From Candidatus Uhrbacteria bacterium GW2011_GWC2_41_11 (lineage in GTDB: Bacteria; Patescibacteriota; Patescibacteriia; UBA9934; GWF2-40-263), in contig LCAH01000001.1 in NCBI GenBank assembly GCA_000996355.1, positions 18,482-82,481 on the forward strand: 64,000 nucleotides of DNA, in the 5' to 3' direction. Made by a program: the position numbers and the translations under genes. The notes beneath the pieces are model-generated. The model saw only the letters and a list, made by a program, of their open reading frames with translations, did not search any database and was not told the DNA's origin. Shown here one piece after another: positions 59,327 through 64,000 of the stretch (the first letter of the stretch is position 1; each line of letters begins with the position of its first letter).

Positions 59327-59992
59327 ATGCAGACAATTACTCTTCAAGCCGTGAAACGAACGCTTTCCGGTCGCAAAACATTTAAACTTCGCAGCCAGGG
59401 ACAAGTTCCAGCTATTTTGTATGGAGTTGGAACAGAACCTGTTTCCATTTCTCTTGATCGTAAAGCGCTCATCAGTGCTTTTCGTGAATCTGGGGAAAGT
59501 ACACTTGTTGATCTTTCGATTGAAAATACATCTCCAATAAAAGTTTTGATTCAGGATTTGCAATACGATCCGCTTCGTCATGAATTGATTCATGCAGATT
59601 TTCGAAGTGTTGATTTGTCAAAAACCGTTCGAGCAGAGATCAAACTCCATTTTGTGGGAGAAGCGCCGGCTGTAAAAGCTCTTGCTGGTATTTTGGTTCA
59701 TGCTGCTGATTCAATTGAGGTTGAGGCCTTTCCACAGGCACTTGTATCATCCATTGATGTTGATATTTCTGTTCTTCAAACATTTGATGATGTGATTCAT
59801 TTGTCTGATATCAAATTTCCAGAAGGAATCAAGCCTGTTGATGAGTTGGAAACAACGATCGCTGTGGTTACTCCACCACGTTCAGAAGCTGAATTGGCTG
59901 ACTTGAATAAGACGGTGGATGTTGATGTAACGGCAGTCGAAGTTGCGAAACGTGAGAAGAAAGAAGAAGAACCGGCAGAAGAAAAGAAATAG
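59327..59992 (+). CDS. rplY: 50S ribosomal protein L25 (long form)
   Basis: LRSQGQVPAILYG, IHADF, C-terminal beta domain. Confidence 0.94.
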   Translation: MQTITLQAVKRTLSGRKTFKLRSQGQVPAILYGVGTEPVSISLDRKALISAFRESGESTLVDLSIENTSPIKVLIQDLQYDPLRHELIHADFRSVDLSKTVRAEIKLHFVGEAPAVKALAGILVHAADSIEVEAFPQALVSSIDVDISVLQTFDDVIHLSDIKFPEGIKPVDELETTIAVVTPPRSEAELADLNKTVDVDVTAVEVAKREKKEEEPAEEKK

Positions 59993-60001
59993 ACAAGAAA
60001 T

Positions 60002-60033
60002 AAAAACGAGGCATATGATATGCCTCGTTTTTT
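60002..60033 (+). terminator. intrinsic terminator
   Basis: AAAAACGAGGCATA-TGA-TATGCCTCGTTTTT. Confidence 0.8.
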
Positions 60034-60067
60034 GTATTCAGAAACAGATGTTACAATACTCCTACTT

Positions 60068-61186
60068 ATGTCAAACATATTAACGAACCATTCATTTTTT
60101 TCTCGAATTCGTGAGTGGTTTTTTTCTTTTTCAAAACAGACGAAATATTCGATCGCAGCCATTGCCGGCATTGGAATTGTCCTTTGTGGTGTTGCTTTTT
60201 TCTTCATGCAAAAGAATCGTCCTTTGCCGTCTACAAAACAGGAATTTGGTTCTGTTATTTCTCCCCAAACAATGTCTCCTCCTTTGTATCATCATCCGCT
60301 TACAGGTGAAATTTTTGAACAAGAAGTATCTGCACCAGTGGTTTTTGGTGTGATGGTGGAAAATTCAGCAGATTCATGGCCGCAGTCCGGACTGGATGGA
60401 GCATTTCTTGTGATCGAAGCACCTGTGGAGGCTGGTATTCCTCGTTTTTTGGCTTTTTATGATGGTGCAAATGTTTCGGTTAAAAAAATAGGACCTGTTC
60501 GTTCTGCTCGTCCATATTATGTTGATTGGGTTCAGGAATTTGAGGCACTGTATGCACATGTGGGAGGATCAGATGCTGCACTTAATTTGATTTCTTCGAA
60601 TGGAACGCATGATTTAAATGAATTTTGGAATGGACAATTTTTTTGGCGTTCCAGCGATCGAAAGGCTCCACACAATACCTATACCTCTACAGAGCGTCTG
60701 CAACAGGCATTAGAACAAAAAAAACAGACATTCAAAACAGAATATTCTTTCTGGAACTTTAAAGATGATGCTCCAAATCCAACAGAGAAAGGGAAGTCTA
60801 TCATTGTTGATTTTTCCTCTCCTTTATATCGTGTTGTCTGGAATTATGATGAAGAAAAAAATATGTACGCTCGTTTACAAGCAGGGCATATTCATTCGAT
60901 GCAAGATGGAAAGGTGATTGAAGCAAACAATGTTGTCATCGTTGTCACTTCCGTTGAGATTATTGATGCGGTTGGTCGTCGAAAAATTCAAACAATTGGA
61001 GAAGGAGATGCATTTATTTTTCAAGATGGTCGTGAAATAAAAGGAACATGGCGAAAATCTTCTGCGAAAGATCGTCTTCGTTTTTATGATGAAAGCGAAA
61101 CAGAAATTCAATGGAATGCAGGCAAGACTTGGATTGAAGTTGTTCCTTCTTTGGATTCGATTATTTTTGAGAATACATCGTCTTAA
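60068..61186 (+). CDS. DUF3048 (YerB-like) family protein
   Basis: HPLTG, VMVEN...PQSGL, EAGIPRF, IGPVRSARPY, HVGGS, APHNTY, GKTWIEVV. Confidence 0.88.
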   Translation: MSNILTNHSFFSRIREWFFSFSKQTKYSIAAIAGIGIVLCGVAFFFMQKNRPLPSTKQEFGSVISPQTMSPPLYHHPLTGEIFEQEVSAPVVFGVMVENSADSWPQSGLDGAFLVIEAPVEAGIPRFLAFYDGANVSVKKIGPVRSARPYYVDWVQEFEALYAHVGGSDAALNLISSNGTHDLNEFWNGQFFWRSSDRKAPHNTYTSTERLQQALEQKKQTFKTEYSFWNFKDDAPNPTEKGKSIIVDFSSPLYRVVWNYDEEKNMYARLQAGHIHSMQDGKVIEANNVVIVVTSVEIIDAVGRRKIQTIGEGDAFIFQDGREIKGTWRKSSAKDRLRFYDESETEIQWNAGKTWIEVVPSLDSIIFENTSS

Positions 61187-62103
61187 AGTTCTGTAACAAC
61201 TACACGATCAAATCCATCCAAATCTTTCAAAATACGCGGTGATGCATTTGGAAAATCATGTTGAATAAGAGGAATAATTCGTCCAATTTGTCCAGGGTCG
61301 ATTTCAATGAGAGTTGTGAGAGAAAGGGGAAGTTCTAAACGAGCACGAAAAATTTGGCGAAAAAATTTCCAATATGCATCGAGTCCATCCATACCTGCTT
61401 CTAATGCTTCGCAAGGTTCGTAATCTCGCATCTCTGATTGAGCTGTCTGCCATTGAAAGGTAGTGAGGTATGGGAGATTTGCACAAAGAATAATATGTTG
61501 TGGAACAGGTTTGTTTGTTTGTGAAATACATTTAAGTACCTCAAGAATAGGTTGTAAAAGATCTCCTTGTTGAAAAACGATATGTGATTCCATCGAGTGT
61601 TGAATCGCGTTTTGAGATGCAAGAGCAAGAGTATTGTTGTTGATATCTGTTGCGATAACAGGGAGTCCACTTTCTGCTGCTAAGGTGACCGCAATAGCTC
61701 CACTGCCTGTTCCAATATCCGCAAACCAAGTTGTGGAAGAGTTTGGTATTTTTGCAATTCGTAATGCTTCTTCTACAAGAGTTTCTGTAGCAGAACGGGG
61801 AATCAGAGTAAAACGATTGACCTGAAACATTCGTTTGTAAAATTCTTTTTCGCCAACAATGTAGGCAACGGGTTCGTGAAGAATGCGTCGTTCGATCATA
61901 CGTTCGAAACGCTCTTGTTCATGCGGTCGCAATTCATGGTCAAAATGTGTAAAAAGCCAAGATTTTGAAACACCTAAGGCAGATGCAAGGAGAACTTCCA
62001 CATCAAGCATAGGAGAATCTAATTGGTGTCCTGTTTCTTCATCTGTATCTCGATGTTCTTTCAGTTTGTGGTTTGCCCATTGAAGCGCTTCCATGACAAT
62101 CAT
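61183..62103 (-). CDS. prmC: release factor glutamine methyltransferase
   Basis: EPVAYIVG.KEFY, LIPR, DIGTGSGAIA, ANLPY, EP..AL..G.DGL. Confidence 0.92.
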   Translation of the reverse strand: MIVMEALQWANHKLKEHRDTDEETGHQLDSPMLDVEVLLASALGVSKSWLFTHFDHELRPHEQERFERMIERRILHEPVAYIVGEKEFYKRMFQVNRFTLIPRSATETLVEEALRIAKIPNSSTTWFADIGTGSGAIAVTLAAESGLPVIATDINNNTLALASQNAIQHSMESHIVFQQGDLLQPILEVLKCISQTNKPVPQHIILCANLPYLTTFQWQTAQSEMRDYEPCEALEAGMDGLDAYWKFFRQIFRARLELPLSLTTLIEIDPGQIGRIIPLIQHDFPNASPRILKDLDGFDRVVVTEL

Positions 62104-62177
62104 ACGAGATTAGTGTAGCATTTTTTTGTGTAAAAAAAGAAAAACCGCAGTGTGAACTGCGGACTATTTTGTTTTTC

Positions 62178-63407
62178 CTACTGGTGGAAGTAGGGTGACT
62201 GTCTGAGAGCAGCCACTTCTTCCTGAAGGAGAATGGCTTGAGAGACAAACTGAGGACCCCCATTTTCGCACATTAAAGTGGGACGTCCATCATCGGGAAC
62301 ATGCGGAAGACTGAACGCATGCCCCATTTCATGTATAAGTGTACTCAGCCCATACTCATCCTTGAGGATGTTAATGGGAATCATGGCGTGACCACTGAAT
62401 CCGGCTGAGTAATCAACTCCACAGTGTCTTCCAAGTCCGATTGCGTCGGAAAATTTGAAGGATGATGGAACAATGATAATGGACACACCTTGTGCCTCAT
62501 TGTCACAGGTAAGACCAAGCTCTCCTGTGACTCGCCCCCAGACATCCTCCTGGTAATAGGAGGCATTTTTTGTCCCAGTTTTTGTCGAAACTGAGAAATC
62601 AAATGTCCCAATCCCTTTTGATCGGAACCAGTCACGAGCCTGTTCCATTCTTCTTCGTAAAAGATTCAGATCAGGTTGAACGCCACCTTTTGGAATAAAA
62701 TAGACAGTCCGGATGGTTGGAACTATTTTTCCAACTTTTGAGGTTCCTTCATTTACAGGTGGCTCCTTTACGGACTCATCCGGAAAACAGACCGAGAACT
62801 CCCAAGGCAGTGGTGGTGGAGGTTGATAGGAACCAGACAAATCACCCCATCCGCCTCTCCTTATTGATGTTCTTGAAGACTCCTCTCTTTCTCCAGGATA
62901 GTAAGGAGCTCTCATATAAGCGGACTGCTCTGGTGGTCGATCTTCTCGAACCCACTTCGCTTCAAGAGCAGCACGCTCTTTTTTGATTGCTGCAAGTTGG
63001 ATTACGAGTTCTCGGCGTTGCTGGATTTGAGTTCCTGTTCCTGACGCCTTGATTTTGCTTGTAGCGATTAGGGTTTCCTGTTTAGCCCTCAATTGTTTCA
63101 AATCGTGCTGATAAGCTTTGTCGCCTTCGTTGGTAGTGATGATCGTATCGATCGCGGAAAGCTCTTTTTCAGCCGCGCGATATGTATTTTTTGCATTTTT
63201 GCAGGAAATTATCAGTTCATCTGTGGTCGGAAGCGCGGTCAGCGAGGCATTTGCAGTTTGCTCACGTGTTTCGAACACGGCTCGTTGTCGGGCTCGATAC
63301 GCATTTTTTGCCTCCTCTAAAGAGGAAGATTCTTGAGCAGATGTAGTCGTTGCCATCCCAATCATCATTCCTACGAGAAGAATGAGGAAAATTTCCCATT
63401 TTTTCAT
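62178..63407 (-). CDS. secreted metzincin-type Zn metalloprotease with N-terminal coiled coil
   Basis: Signal peptide; HEMGHAFSLPH and Met-turn TLM near the C-terminus. Confidence 0.8.
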   Translation of the reverse strand: MKKWEIFLILLVGMMIGMATTTSAQESSSLEEAKNAYRARQRAVFETREQTANASLTALPTTDELIISCKNAKNTYRAAEKELSAIDTIITTNEGDKAYQHDLKQLRAKQETLIATSKIKASGTGTQIQQRRELVIQLAAIKKERAALEAKWVREDRPPEQSAYMRAPYYPGEREESSRTSIRRGGWGDLSGSYQPPPPLPWEFSVCFPDESVKEPPVNEGTSKVGKIVPTIRTVYFIPKGGVQPDLNLLRRRMEQARDWFRSKGIGTFDFSVSTKTGTKNASYYQEDVWGRVTGELGLTCDNEAQGVSIIIVPSSFKFSDAIGLGRHCGVDYSAGFSGHAMIPINILKDEYGLSTLIHEMGHAFSLPHVPDDGRPTLMCENGGPQFVSQAILLQEEVAALRQSPYFHQ

Positions 63408-63517
63408 TTTTTTCTCCTATCTCGAGAATTTCGTGTTTTTCCGCAGATAACCATTTTCTTTGGATTTTCACGAAAAAAAGTAAAAAGAACTCTGTGTGAC
63501 CGAAATTTATCGTATTT

Positions 63518-64000
63518 TTATGTTTTTGTCAAGTATTTATGACAATTATTTTTTGCTAATTCGTATTCCTCTAATGTTCCAACTGGTTGCCAAAACGAAG
63601 CTGTTTCCAGTTTTATGGGACAATCACGACTCATGGCAACAAGTGTATGGGGCAAGCTGTATTCTTTTTGATTATGAACTGTGATTTCCGCTAATGGATA
63701 GCGAAAGAAACGTTCGTCAAGAATATAGGCGCCGCAGACACGTTGTTTGATTTCGTGTGATGGGGCATTGGATTCAAACCCAGCAAACAAACCTGTTTCA
63801 TCTGCAAGCGCGGAAAAGGTAATAGAGTCCTTTGTCGGAGAGACAAGAATAGCAAGAGGATGGGCGATCAATCGTTCAAGATCTTTTTTTGTATAAAGAT
63901 CATCTCCATTGAGAATGAAAAAACGTTCATGCAAATATTGTTTGAGAAGATGAATTGCACTTCCTGTTCCGTCTAATGGATTTTGAACAACATAATGGAT
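63518..64000 (-). CDS. sugar-phosphate nucleotidyltransferase family protein (5' end outside window)
   Basis: Frame open to the window edge: YVVQNPLDGTGSA...ILNGDDLY...GAYIL...EYSLP...WQPVGT. Confidence 0.85.
   Translation of the reverse strand: MHYVVQNPLDGTGSAIHLLKQYLHERFFILNGDDLYTKKDLERLIAHPLAILVSPTKDSITFSALADETGLFAGFESNAPSHEIKQRVCGAYILDERFFRYPLAEITVHNQKEYSLPHTLVAMSRDCPIKLETASFWQPVGTLEEYELAKNNCHKYLTKT

Overview
AT-rich chromosomal window from a small-genome bacterium. Gene content and protein style suggest Patescibacteria/CPR (inference); genetic code 11, since TGA is used as a stop. Most of it is housekeeping: gyrA, rpmF-nusB-rnc, proS, HU, ymdB-rny, truB, PilB/GspE ATPase, infB, trxAB, murI, tsaC, recG, a MacAB-like ABC exporter, miaB/miaA, gatB, secE-nusG-rplK-rplA, gyrB, rodA, rplY and prmC, plus four tRNAs (Lys-CTT, Arg-TCG, Ser-TGA, Arg-GCG). 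Two things stand out. (1) A six-gene pyrimidine cluster (47.3-51.5 kb). Its thymidylate-synthase homologue carries both substitutions known to switch TS to a dCMP methylase (N177D and loss of H147, E. coli numbering). It is co-operonic with DHFR and a dCMP-deaminase/N-glycosidase fusion, and lies next to a Dcd homologue lacking its catalytic Glu. Together these suggest a dUMP-independent dCMP to 5-methyl-dCMP to dTMP route, or 5mC nucleotide synthesis. (2) A recombinase-less cassette array at the 3' end of tRNA-Ser, with one attL-like and two attR-like sites showing the 5-bp half-site shift typical of large serine recombinases. Each attR carries an unannotated, homologous 47-aa coding tail. 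Also present: a leader-peptide attenuator ahead of an orphan HIGH-motif protein, several structured non-coding leaders, and an Arg GCG/UCG tRNA pair suggesting inosine-independent decoding. All assignments are by eye from motifs; no searches were run.
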